Shown one piece after another: positions 1-9,375 of a stretch of DNA of 64,000 nt. This stretch comes from Candidatus Eiseniibacteriota bacterium (GTDB lineage Bacteria > Eisenbacteria > RBG-16-71-46 > CAIMUX01 > VGJL01), in NCBI GenBank assembly GCA_041946735.1, contig JBHGAY010000006.1, positions 1 to 64,000 on the forward strand. Direction: 5' to 3'. The translations under genes and the position numbers were made by a program. Numbering within the stretch: the first letter of the stretch is position 1; every line of letters begins with the position of its first letter. A model generated the notes under the pieces. That model saw only the letters and a list, made by a program, of their open reading frames with translations. It made no database searches and had not been told where the DNA came from.

Positions 1-79
1 GCGGCTGCTCGGCAACCGCATCATCGAGCGCTTCGGCGAGCGCATCGCGCCGCGCCAGGCGAAGGAGGAGGAGAACTGA
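1..79 (+). CDS. 3' end of a gene starting before the window (…RLLGNRIIERFGERIAPRQAKEEEN*)
   Basis: Frame 2 is open from the window edge to TGA at 77-79, with typical GC3-rich codons; product unknown. Confidence 0.6.
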   Translation, partial: RLLGNRIIERFGERIAPRQAKEEEN

Positions 80-105
80 GCGGGTGAGTCGGCCGGCCCC
101 GTTAT

Positions 106-531
106 TCAGCAGTCGGTGCCGGTCGCGCAGTCCTCGTCCTCGCCGTCTCCCGCGTTCGATTGGGCGAGCAGACGCGAGATCCGATCGAGCAGTTCCTGGG
201 AGCGGAAGGGCTTCGTCATGAAGGCGCTTGCTCCGCAAAGACGGGCCTCGGCTTCGTCGATCCTCTGGCCACGCGCCGTCAGGATCAGGACTGGGATGTC
301 GAGCCCGGGACGCGCGCGCATCCGCCTCACGAGATCGAGCCCGCTTATTCCCGGCATCATCAGATCGGAGATCACGAGGTCCGGAGGATCGCCGGCGGCC
401 CGGCACAGGAGATCCCATGCCTGCTCGCCGTCCTCGACGCATTCGACCTCGTGGCCGGCGCCCGCCAGGAGGAACGAGAGGATCCTGCGCAGGAACGGAT
501 CGTCGTCCACGACCAGGACTCTTGACGGCAT
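106..531 (-). CDS. Single-domain response regulator (CheY-like receiver)
   Basis: VLVVDDD, SDLMMP phosphoacceptor Asp, LTA and KPF motifs; no output domain. Confidence 0.9.
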   Translation of the reverse strand: MPSRVLVVDDDPFLRRILSFLLAGAGHEVECVEDGEQAWDLLCRAAGDPPDLVISDLMMPGISGLDLVRRMRARPGLDIPVLILTARGQRIDEAEARLCGASAFMTKPFRSQELLDRISRLLAQSNAGDGEDEDCATGTDC

Positions 532-858
532 CGATCGACCTCCCCGGATCGCGAAACGGCAAGGCCATCCATCTGCGAATCGGCCCCATTCTCCTTCTGC
601 GAGACGGCCCGCATTCTCCTATCGGGAGCCGCTGGGGAGATCCTGAGCCGCCGTCCCCTCCGGTCGCTCGGCCGGAGGCCGGCCCGCTTCGTCTTCGGCC
701 TTTACCAACGACGCAACATTCCGTAGGCTAATGGCGGCTCGCCCAGGGGGCGGGTCGATGCCTGCCGGCCGGAGCGGAGGGGACGTCGTGCGGTGGCCGG
801 AGGCGCCTCATTCATCATCTCGTATCCCCCGACGTCCCCGGTTGGATCTGGAGGTCCG

Positions 859-2601
859 ATGGACAAGGTCCGGGATTTCATCCTGGGTATCGGTGGGGAG
901 TCCGGCGAAGGAGTCGTCCTCGCTGGAGACGTCCTGAACGTTGCCGCAGCGCGCATGAACATCCACAGCTCGAGCTTCCGCACCTTTCCGGCGGAAGCCC
1001 GAGGCGGTCCTTCCGTGGTCCGCATCCGCATGAACCGGGATCACGTCTACAGCCTCGGCGACGACTACGACGTGCTCGTCGCCTTCAATGAGGACGCGTA
1101 CGTCCTCCACAGCCCGAAGCTCGCCCCGCACGGCGTGCTGATCGTCGACGGGACAGACGAGGATCCAATCCAGAAGAGGCATCCGGAGCTGGCCGGCCGG
1201 ATCGTCTATCACGTCCCGATGGATCTGATCTCGCGCAAGGAGATCGGCGAGCCGAAGTCGAAGAACATGGTGGCGGTCGGCGCGATCGCGGCGCTCTTCG
1301 GCTTCGACCGCGCGATCATCGAGAAGGAGATCCTGGCGCGGTTCATCAAGAAGGGGGAGAAGCTCGCGGACGACAACCGGCGCGGATTCCTGGCCGGCTA
1401 CGAGTACGCCCGCACCCGGCTCGAGAAGCGCGATCCTTTCGAGCTGGAGGCCGCGCCGGGTGACGGGTTCCTCGTGCTCTCCGGCAACGAAGCGGTCGCG
1501 CTCGGGGCCCTCTATGCCGGCTGCCGCCTCTGCGCCAGCTATCCGATCACTCCGGCCTCGGAGATCATGGAGATCCTCGCCGCCGAGCTTCCCCGCGTCG
1601 GCGGAGCGATGGTCCAGGCGGAAGACGAGATCGCGAGCATGGGGATGGTCTTGGGCGGAGGCTTCACCGGCGTCCGCGCGATGACCTCGACCTCCGGCCC
1701 CGGGTTGTCGCTGATGGCGGAGCTGATCGGGCTGGGCTCGATCGCCGAGATTCCGTGCGTGATCGTCGACGTGCAGCGCGGCGGCCCGAGCACCGGGCTG
1801 CCGACGAAGACCGAGCAGGCCGACCTTTCGCTTGCGCTCGTGGCGACACACGGCGACGCGCCGCACGTCGTCCTCGCCGCCACCACGATCCGCGACTGCT
1901 TCGAGATCATGGGGCTCGCCTTCGAGATCGCCGACCGCTACCAGCTTCCGGTCATCGTGCTGACGGAGCAGGCTCTCGGCTTCCGCAGAGCGGACCTTCC
2001 GAAGTCCCTCCTGCGCGAGTACAAGCAGAACGGCTGGAAGAAGGAGCCGGTCACGATTCCCGAGGGGGGCTACAAGCGCTACGCGATGACCGCGAGCGGC
2101 GTCTCGCCGCAAACGATCCCGGGGATCCCGGGGGGGCAGCACGTCGCGACCGGCCTCGAGCATGCCGAGGACGGCAAGCCCGCCTACGATCCGGTCACCC
2201 GGACCGCGCAGATGGACAAGCGGCTGCGCAAGCTCGACGCAATCGCAAAGGACTATCCGCTCGTCCTGCAATACGGCGACCCCGCTCCGGACATCGGCGT
2301 GATCGGCTGGGGATCGACCGCGGGACCGATTCGCGAGGCGATCGAGATCGCCCGCGCGAAGGGGATCAAGGCGGGGGCCATCGTGCCGCGCCTCATCTCC
2401 CCGAGCCCGAACGAAAAGATCGCGCCGTTCCTGAAGGCCGCGAAGCAGATCGTGGTGGTCGAGGGGAACCAGAGCGGGCAGTACGCCTCCTTCCTTCGCT
2501 CGCAGTTCCCCGGGTTCGATCCGAAGGAGTTCCACAAGTACGACGGGACGCCGGTGCGCCGAGGCGACGTGCTCCGGATTCTCGAGGAGGGTGTCCGATG
2601 A
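859..2601 (+). CDS. korA: 2-oxoacid:ferredoxin oxidoreductase alpha subunit (gamma-alpha fusion)
   Basis: GGESGEG, SYPITP, QAEDEIA, TSTSGPG, QRGGPSTGLPTKTEQ; GGAGG RBS before ATG 859. Confidence 0.93.
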   Translation: MDKVRDFILGIGGESGEGVVLAGDVLNVAAARMNIHSSSFRTFPAEARGGPSVVRIRMNRDHVYSLGDDYDVLVAFNEDAYVLHSPKLAPHGVLIVDGTDEDPIQKRHPELAGRIVYHVPMDLISRKEIGEPKSKNMVAVGAIAALFGFDRAIIEKEILARFIKKGEKLADDNRRGFLAGYEYARTRLEKRDPFELEAAPGDGFLVLSGNEAVALGALYAGCRLCASYPITPASEIMEILAAELPRVGGAMVQAEDEIASMGMVLGGGFTGVRAMTSTSGPGLSLMAELIGLGSIAEIPCVIVDVQRGGPSTGLPTKTEQADLSLALVATHGDAPHVVLAATTIRDCFEIMGLAFEIADRYQLPVIVLTEQALGFRRADLPKSLLREYKQNGWKKEPVTIPEGGYKRYAMTASGVSPQTIPGIPGGQHVATGLEHAEDGKPAYDPVTRTAQMDKRLRKLDAIAKDYPLVLQYGDPAPDIGVIGWGSTAGPIREAIEIARAKGIKAGAIVPRLISPSPNEKIAPFLKAAKQIVVVEGNQSGQYASFLRSQFPGFDPKEFHKYDGTPVRRGDVLRILEEGVR

Positions 2602-3518
2602 CCATCGTGCCCAGCGGCAGTGACGCCGCAGGCGGCAGCGGGGGCGGCGGCGCCGCAGCCACCACCACCACGATTCCGCGCAAGGCGGCCGACTACAAGA
2701 GCAGCCGCAAGCCGGTCTGGTGCCCGGGATGCGGCGACTACGGAGTCCTCACCTCGATCTTCTCGGCGCTCGCCGCGGTGCAGCTCGATCCCGCCCGCAC
2801 CGTCGTCGTCTCCGGCATCGGCTGCTCGAGCCGCATGCCGGGCTTCATCAATGCGTACGGTTTCCACGGCGCGCACGGCCGGGCCCTACCGGTCGCTGTC
2901 GGCGTCAAGGTCGCCAACCCCTCGCTCGACGTCCTCGTCGTCGGCGGCGACGGCGACGGCTTCTCGATCGGCGGCGGGCACGTGCCGCACGTCGCGCGCC
3001 GAAACATGAACCTCACCTACATCGTGATGGACAACGAGATCTACGGCCTGACGAAGGGGCAGACCTCGCCGACCTCGAGCACGGGGACGATCTCGAAAGC
3101 GAGCCCATACGGTTCGGTCGAAGCGCCGGTCCAGCCGCTGCTGATGGTCCTCGCCTACGGCGCGACGTTCGTCGCGCGCGGCTTCTCGTCGCAGCCGAAG
3201 GAGATGGCGGCGCTCTTCGAGCGCGCGATCCGGCACAACGGCTTCTCGTTCATCCAGGTCCTGAGCCCCTGCGTCACGTTCAACAAGAAGATCGGCTACG
3301 ACTACTTCGCGAGCCGGGTCGCGCCGCTCCCGCAAGAGCACAAGACCGACGACCTGTTCGGAGCGATGCGGTACGCGGGGGATCCGGAGAAGTTCTACCT
3401 CGGACTCTTTTACGAGGTAGACCGGCCGTCCTACACCGATTCAATCTACAAGGGAGGGCGGAAGCCGGCCGTGGAACCCGCGATCGAGACGGAGAGGATT
3501 CTCACGAGATTCTCCTGA
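2598..3518 (+). CDS. korB: 2-oxoacid:ferredoxin oxidoreductase beta subunit
   Basis: WCPGCG, SGIGCS, HGRALP, TPP motif GDGD…N, YGLTKGQTSPT, SPCVTFN; ATGA overlap with korA stop. Confidence 0.93.
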   Translation: MTIVPSGSDAAGGSGGGGAAATTTTIPRKAADYKSSRKPVWCPGCGDYGVLTSIFSALAAVQLDPARTVVVSGIGCSSRMPGFINAYGFHGAHGRALPVAVGVKVANPSLDVLVVGGDGDGFSIGGGHVPHVARRNMNLTYIVMDNEIYGLTKGQTSPTSSTGTISKASPYGSVEAPVQPLLMVLAYGATFVARGFSSQPKEMAALFERAIRHNGFSFIQVLSPCVTFNKKIGYDYFASRVAPLPQEHKTDDLFGAMRYAGDPEKFYLGLFYEVDRPSYTDSIYKGGRKPAVEPAIETERILTRFS

Positions 3519-3543
3519 TCCGCCCCGGCACGGAGGGAAGTCG

Positions 3544-4050
3544 ATGAACCTGGCTCGCCTCCTGAGGCCGGAGCTGATCCGGCTCGAGATGGAGACGACC
3601 AATCCGCCGCAGGAGGATCCACCGCTCCCGCGCGATCGCTATGTCTGGCAGGTGAAGGAGGCCGTCCTCCTCGAGCTTGCCGGACTGATCGCGAACAGCG
3701 GGCGGGTCGGCAGCGCCAACAAGCTCTATCAGGACCTGCTGAGCCGGGAGAAGAAGGCGACGACCGGTCTCGTGCGCGGGGTCGCGATTCCCCACGTCCG
3801 GACGATCCACGCGAAGGAGCTTCTGTTCGGGTTCGCTCGCTCGACCCCCGGCGTGGAGTTCGACAGCCTGGACCACGAGCCGTCCCACCTGTTCTTCATC
3901 ATCGTCGCGCCCCCGTACGACGACATAGTCTACCTGCGCATCTACAAGCAGATGGCTACCGCCTTCCAGACGACCGACGTGCGTCGCGACTTCCTCGAAG
4001 CGCAGTCGGAGGGAGAAGTGATCCGCGCGATGCGATTGATGGGGGACTGA
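3544..4050 (+). CDS. PTS EIIA (Ntr/fructose-type) domain protein
   Basis: REKKATTGLVRGVAIPH phospho-His motif; GVEFDSLD..P.HLFFII. Confidence 0.85.
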   Translation: MNLARLLRPELIRLEMETTNPPQEDPPLPRDRYVWQVKEAVLLELAGLIANSGRVGSANKLYQDLLSREKKATTGLVRGVAIPHVRTIHAKELLFGFARSTPGVEFDSLDHEPSHLFFIIVAPPYDDIVYLRIYKQMATAFQTTDVRRDFLEAQSEGEVIRAMRLMGD

Positions 4051-4110
4051 GGGAAGACCGACGGGAAGAGCGAAGGGAGGGACGACGAGAGGGACGGCGG
4101 GAGGGAAGGA
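4051..4110 (+). repeat. Degenerate 12-bp purine-rich tandem repeat (5 copies) between convergent genes
   Basis: GGGAAGACCGAC GGGAAGAGCGAA GGGAGGGACGAC GAGAGGGACGGC GGGAGGGAAGGA. Confidence 0.6.
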
Positions 4111-4117
4111 CCGGCGG

Positions 4118-4945
4118 TCAGTCCTCCCGCAGCTTCGCGCCCCCGTGTCCGCCCGCGCCGAACGCCGGCGCTCCGCCCATCCCCGGCGCTCCGACGATCA
4201 AGTGCGCTGCGAATCCCGCGCCGAAGCCGTTGTCGATGTTCACGACGCTGACGCCGGGGGCGCAGGAGTTGATCATGGTGAGCAGCGCCGCGATCCCGCC
4301 GAGATTCGCGCCGTAACCGACGCTCGTGGGCACCGCGATCACCGGCCGGCCGGCGAGCCCGGCCACGATGCCCGGCATTGCTCCCTCCATCCCCGCCACC
4401 GCGACGATCGCCCCCGCGCCGGCGAGGAGGGATCGCTGCTCGAGCAAGCGGTGAATTCCTGCCACCCCGACGTCCCACAGGCGCACCACGCGGCTGCCGA
4501 GCGTCTCGGCGGTCAGAGCCGCCTCCTCGGCCACCGGGAGGTCCGACGTCCCGGCGGCGCAGACGACGATGTAGGGACCATCCCGCCTCTCGGCCGGCTC
4601 GCGCTCTCGATCGCGCCGGACCACGATCATCCGGGCGAGCGGATGGTAGACGGCGTCGGGAATGCGTGAGCGCGCCGCCTCCGCCGCCGCCGCGTTCGCT
4701 CGGGTCCCGAGGACGCGCGGATGCCGCGACGCGAGCCGCTCGAGGATCTCCGCCACCTGTTCGGGAGTTTTCCCCTCGCAGTAGACCGCTTCGGGATAGC
4801 CGGTGCGCAGCGCTCGATGGTGATCGATTCGCGCGTGCCCCACGTCCTCGTACGGCAGGTCCCGGAGATCCTCGATCGCCTGCTCGATCGAACGCTCTCC
4901 GGAGCGCACCCGCTCGAGAAGCGCGCGCAGCCACTCGGGATTCAT
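4118..4945 (-). CDS. larB: Nickel-pincer cofactor biosynthesis carboxylase/hydrolase LarB (PurE-like)
   Basis: ARIDHHRALRTGYPEAVYCEGKT, AGTSDLPVAEEA, DVGVAGIHRL, AGMEGA, VPTSVGYG, VVNIDNGFGA; start overlaps the larE stop. Confidence 0.93.
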   Translation of the reverse strand: MNPEWLRALLERVRSGERSIEQAIEDLRDLPYEDVGHARIDHHRALRTGYPEAVYCEGKTPEQVAEILERLASRHPRVLGTRANAAAAEAARSRIPDAVYHPLARMIVVRRDREREPAERRDGPYIVVCAAGTSDLPVAEEAALTAETLGSRVVRLWDVGVAGIHRLLEQRSLLAGAGAIVAVAGMEGAMPGIVAGLAGRPVIAVPTSVGYGANLGGIAALLTMINSCAPGVSVVNIDNGFGAGFAAHLIVGAPGMGGAPAFGAGGHGGAKLRED

Positions 4946-5823
4946 CGGTTGAGGCTCCCGCTCCGGAATCCTTCGATGTCGAGCGACACGAAGCGGTAGC
5001 CGAGGGACTTGAGCTTCTCCGCCACCAACGCGCGGTGCTCGAGCAGGATCGGGAAGTCTGCCGGGTCGATTTCGATCCGGGCGACCGCCCCGTGATGCCG
5101 CACGCGCAGCTGCCGTATTCCGAACGAGCGGACGAACGACTCGGCCTGCTCGATCCGGGCGAGAAGCTCGGGCTGCACCGCGATCCCGTGTGGAATGCGC
5201 GAGGAGAGGCATGCCGCGGCCGGCTTGTCCCACGTGCGCAGGCCGAGCGCTCGTGAAAGGTCGCGAACGTCCTGTTTCGTGAGGCCGGCTTCGAGCAGCG
5301 GGCTGCGCACGCCGTGCTCCGACGCCGCCTGCCGGCCCGGGCGATGATCGCCCGTGTCGTCGAGATTCGTGCCGTCGACGATCCACGCGTAGCCCCGCTG
5401 CTCGGCGTAGGGAACGAGGCGCCCATAGAGGTCGCCCTTGCAGAAGTAGCAGCGGGCGGAGGTGTTTTCCCGGTAGCGCGGGTCGTCCATCTCGTGCGAC
5501 TCGATGACTTCATGACGCGCCCCGATCTCGCGCGCCAGGCTCCTCGCTTCCTCCAGCTCGGACTTCGGAAGGCTCGGCGACGACGCCGTGACCCCGATCG
5601 CCTTCTCTCCGAGCACGTCGTGCGCCACCTTGAGGACGAGGGCGCTGTCAGTACCGCCGGAGAACGCCACCACGACGCTTCCGGCCTCCTCGAGCCAGGC
5701 GCGCAGGCGTTGGTAGCGATCGTCGAGGCCGGAGGGCAGAGAAGCGGCGGGACGAGCTTCGGCCGCGGCACCGGCCGCAACACCGGCCGCAGCGCCAGCG
5801 AGGCCGTTCGGTTGTCGATGCAT
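4942..5823 (-). CDS. larE: ATP-dependent sulfur transferase LarE (PP-loop)
   Basis: AFSGGTDS PP-loop, RCYFCK, DGTNLDD…RPG, WDKPAAACLSSRIP, GFRSGSLN. Confidence 0.93.
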   Translation of the reverse strand: MHRQPNGLAGAAAGVAAGAAAEARPAASLPSGLDDRYQRLRAWLEEAGSVVVAFSGGTDSALVLKVAHDVLGEKAIGVTASSPSLPKSELEEARSLAREIGARHEVIESHEMDDPRYRENTSARCYFCKGDLYGRLVPYAEQRGYAWIVDGTNLDDTGDHRPGRQAASEHGVRSPLLEAGLTKQDVRDLSRALGLRTWDKPAAACLSSRIPHGIAVQPELLARIEQAESFVRSFGIRQLRVRHHGAVARIEIDPADFPILLEHRALVAEKLKSLGYRFVSLDIEGFRSGSLNR

Positions 5824-5977
5824 GGGGGAGAGCCTCTCCTTTCTCGCGCCACGGCTTCCGGAGGGACGGCCGGAGGCGGAGCGGCGAACAGACCAGTCTA
5901 GCCGATCCGTGCCGCCGTCCGGACATCGCGATTCCGGCCCGGCCGCTCGGTTCGCGCTGCATTCGACGGGTCGCGGC

Positions 5978-5986
5978 TGGTACAAT
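5978..5986 (+). promoter_or_regulatory. Extended -10 promoter element (TGGTACAAT) for the M14 peptidase gene
   Basis: TGn-TACAAT about 100 bp upstream of ATG 6083 in an otherwise GC-rich spacer. Confidence 0.5.
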
Positions 5987-6082
5987 CATGCCGGCGATTC
6001 GATCGGCGCCCTCGAAGCGCACCGGTCCCATGCAGGGGGGCAGGAACGGTGCGCGAAGGGCCGGCATCGCAACGGAGGTCCC

Positions 6083-7870
6083 ATGCATTCGCGTCCTGCT
6101 TCGCTGCTCGTCCGCGTCCTGGCCGTCCTCCTTCCCGCCGTCCTCGTGATTCTCGCTCCGGCCCTCTGCGCGAACGCGGCCGATGCCGCTCGCCAGATCG
6201 CCCGCATCGAGGGGACGACGGCGTCCGACAACAGCCTCTTGATCGATCTCGGATTCCAGATCGCCGCGGCTCGTCCCGGCGAGTGGACCGACGTGCTGGT
6301 GAGCCCGGAGGATCTCGATCGGCTCGAAAGGATCTTCCCGGTGTCGCGCGTCGACGACCTGCCGGCGATGATCCCCGCGCAGTACCACGACTACGGGGAG
6401 ACGCTGACCGCGCTCCAGCAGATGGTGCTGCTCCACCCGACGATCGCGAAGCTCGAGGACATCGGGGACGGCTGGTCGAAGACCTACAACGACCCGGATT
6501 GGGCCCTCCACGACGTCTGGGCACTCAAGATCTCCGACAACGTCCAGGTGGACGAGCCGGAGCCGGCCATCCTCTACTCCGGCGTGCATCACGCCCGGGA
6601 GCCGGTGACTGTCGAGATCTGCCTCGGGATCGCGACGGAACTGCTCAACGGCTACGGAGTCGATCCGCAGATCACGCGCTTCATCAACGACCACGAAACC
6701 TGGATCGTTCCGATCGTGAACGTCGATGGACACTGGTGCGTGACGGATCTGAACTACACGAGCTGGCGCAAGAACTGCCGCGACAACGACGGCAACGGCT
6801 ATCCGACCCCGGCCGACTGGTGGTCGATGCCCGACGGCGTCGATCTGAACCGCAACTACTCCTGGCACTGGGGCGGTCTCGGGTCCGATCCCGATCCGAG
6901 CGGCGAAACGTACAAGGGCCCCTCGCCCTTCTCGGAGCCGGAGACGCAGGCGACGCGGGCGCTCGCGCTTCGCGAGAACTTCTCCTTCTCGATCGACTAT
7001 CACTCCTACGGCGAGGAGGTGATGTACCCGTACGGTTACGACTACAGCACGCAGGCGCCGGACAACGCGCTGCTGTCGCAGATCTCGCAGGCCGTGCGGG
7101 ACAGGATCGGCGGCAACTACGTTTCGATGCAGGCGAATCAGCTCTATCCGGCCGCGGGCAACTCGCAGGACTGGCACTACGGCGAGAACAACTGCTTCGC
7201 CTGGATCATCGAGACCGCGACCGAGTTCATCCCTCCCGGAACGGCGATCCCCGGGATCGTGACCCCCAACGTGCGCGGCGCGCTCTATCTCCAGGAGCGG
7301 GTCGATGGGCCTGGCGTCCGCGGGACGGTACGGATCAACGGGGTCCCGGGCCTGGCCACAGTCAGACTGATGGGGATCGACAACCCGGCGCTCGCCAACT
7401 CGCGCCATTCCCATCCGGTTCTCGGGGACTACTACCGTCTCACCGCGCCGGGCAATCAGACGCTTCGCTTCAGCGCGCCCGGCTTCGACGACCAGGAATT
7501 CGCCGTCAACGTGCCGGCCGACGGCTACGTGACGCTCGACGTCAACTTCGGTCCCTCCGCCGGCGTTGCCGATGCGGGACACTCCGCGGGATCGGCGATC
7601 CTCGCCGCCTCGCCGAATCCGCTGCGCGGCGGTACCGGCGTGGACCTTTCCTGGCAGGTGCCGGCGGGCGCGGGCGACGGGACGCTCACCATCTGCGACA
7701 CGTCGGGCAGGATCGTCGCGCGCCGATCGATCACGACGGAGCGCGGAAGCCTCGCATGGAACGGGCGCGCCGACGACGGCCGGCGGATCGCGGCCGGCGT
7801 GTACTTCGCGCGGCTCTCTTGCGGCGGCCGCGCGGAAGTTTCGAAGAGGCTCGTCGTCCTTCCCGAGTAG
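6083..7870 (+). CDS. Secreted M14 zinc carboxypeptidase with C-terminal FlgD-Ig/T9SS-CTD-like domain
   Basis: Signal peptide; HHARE, WRKN, GVDLNRN, FSEPE, DYHSYG; tail SPNP…DTSGRIV…WNGRADDG..IAAGVYF. Confidence 0.9.
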   Translation: MHSRPASLLVRVLAVLLPAVLVILAPALCANAADAARQIARIEGTTASDNSLLIDLGFQIAAARPGEWTDVLVSPEDLDRLERIFPVSRVDDLPAMIPAQYHDYGETLTALQQMVLLHPTIAKLEDIGDGWSKTYNDPDWALHDVWALKISDNVQVDEPEPAILYSGVHHAREPVTVEICLGIATELLNGYGVDPQITRFINDHETWIVPIVNVDGHWCVTDLNYTSWRKNCRDNDGNGYPTPADWWSMPDGVDLNRNYSWHWGGLGSDPDPSGETYKGPSPFSEPETQATRALALRENFSFSIDYHSYGEEVMYPYGYDYSTQAPDNALLSQISQAVRDRIGGNYVSMQANQLYPAAGNSQDWHYGENNCFAWIIETATEFIPPGTAIPGIVTPNVRGALYLQERVDGPGVRGTVRINGVPGLATVRLMGIDNPALANSRHSHPVLGDYYRLTAPGNQTLRFSAPGFDDQEFAVNVPADGYVTLDVNFGPSAGVADAGHSAGSAILAASPNPLRGGTGVDLSWQVPAGAGDGTLTICDTSGRIVARRSITTERGSLAWNGRADDGRRIAAGVYFARLSCGGRAEVSKRLVVLPE

Positions 7871-7971
7871 ACGATCCCGGCAACGAGAAGCGCGAGATCG
7901 CCGACGGCGACCGTTCCCTTGGGGGCGGTCGCCGTCTCATTGGATGGAGGGAGCAAGGAAGGAAGCTCGCC

Positions 7972-8970
7972 TCAAGTCCGAGCTGGGATCTGCGGACCGG
8001 CGCCCTCCTCGCTGATGCGCGGCTCGGCGGGGGCGGCGGGCTTCGAGCGTTCTGCTTCGCGCATGCCTTCCGGCGTCCTGCGCCGGATTTCGACCTGCCC
8101 TTGCTGGATCCTGGCTTCGTAGCAGGTCTGCGGATAGACCGAGGGGCCGTGGATCAGATTCCCCGTCTCGAGGTCGAAGTGCGAACCGTGCCATGGGCAG
8201 ACGACGACGTGGTCGTCCTTGACCTCTCCCTCGGAGAGAGGACCTCCCAGGTGGGCGCACCGCTCCGAGATCGCCGCCACGTGATCCCCGCGCCGGTACA
8301 GGAGGATCGGATTGCCGTCGAGCTCCACCTTGTGCGGCGTGCGATCAGGAAGTTGCTTCTCGGGAAGGACCGGCTTCCACTCCTCCGGTCCCGGCCACGG
8401 AGCGTTGTGGTCCATTCCGATGTGCTCGCCGTATGCGAGATGCCCGCCGAGATAGGAGGACACGAGGAGCCCCGACCATCCGGCCATGGCGAGAGCGCGG
8501 CCGGCTCGTGGCTTGTCGTTCCGGCGGGCGAGCAACGAGGAAGCGAAGAGCGCGGTGCCTCCGATGTTCAGCAGAGCGTGGAGCGCTCCGATGCGCTTCG
8601 CCCTGCCGTCCGTGTACTGCCAGTCGGCGGCGCCGCTCGCGGCCGCGACGACCGCGCCGGCAAGACCGACGCCGATGGCCGCTTCCGAAGCCTTTCCGAA
8701 CGCCTCGTTGCCCGTCGCGGCCTCGAGAGCGTCGAGCACCACCGCGGTCGTCCAGGCTCCGATCGGAACATCCGTCACGGCGGCATGGAGCGGATGCCCG
8801 AGCCACGTGCCGTGGAGAACGTCCCGGACCTTCTGCCCCGCCTCCCCTCCCCCCTGATAGATCGCGCTGACCGCCGCCTGCAGCTTGTCGCTCATCGCAT
8901 CGACCCACGGAGGCTGCTGCATCGCGTCCATCGCGTCGATCAGCTTGTTTCCCATCGTTTCGTTCCCCAT
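7972..8970 (-). CDS. DUF2231-type membrane domain fused to a Rieske [2Fe-2S] domain
   Basis: GTWLGHPLHAAVTDVPIGAW and GGHLAY membrane module; Rieske CAH-x17-CPWH; GGAGG RBS. Confidence 0.85.
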   Translation of the reverse strand: MGNETMGNKLIDAMDAMQQPPWVDAMSDKLQAAVSAIYQGGGEAGQKVRDVLHGTWLGHPLHAAVTDVPIGAWTTAVVLDALEAATGNEAFGKASEAAIGVGLAGAVVAAASGAADWQYTDGRAKRIGALHALLNIGGTALFASSLLARRNDKPRAGRALAMAGWSGLLVSSYLGGHLAYGEHIGMDHNAPWPGPEEWKPVLPEKQLPDRTPHKVELDGNPILLYRRGDHVAAISERCAHLGGPLSEGEVKDDHVVVCPWHGSHFDLETGNLIHGPSVYPQTCYEARIQQGQVEIRRRTPEGMREAERSKPAAPAEPRISEEGAGPQIPART

Positions 8971-9375
8971 CGAGGAACCTCCTCTCCTCCTTGACTGCCT
9001 CTGCCGCTTTCGTTCCGGGCGATCGAGACGGTCGTGGTTTTCAACGACGACTGGGAACCAGGGCCGGCTCGCCAGGAGCATAGCCCTGCGCGTCGCAAGC
9101 CATCGCGGGCGGGGCTTTCCACTCGTGCCCCATACGATCACACGTGCGCGGACGAAATTTCGGAAGTCGTACCAGGGTCGAGGCGCCGGCGGCGTTCTTT
9201 TCGGAGCATTCATCTTGCTTCTTCTGGCCGGCGCCGCCGGCGGGTATTCTCTGGCACGTCAGCCTTCCGCATGCGATGGGCCGCTCGGCAACCGAATTGC
9301 GTTCGCTTCGCATCATCCCGGAGACAGACATCTGACGACCTGCCGCCGCACGGGTCCGGAGGAGACAACGGCGCG

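Noticed and set aside
6049..8994. Very long alternative-frame ORFs (e.g. 6049-8994 +, 10805-13933 +, 30746-34096 +, 23151-25883 +, 53665-56226 -)
   Set aside because: Shadow ORFs from high GC3 bias: Arg/Pro/Ala-rich, motif-free and overlapping well-supported genes
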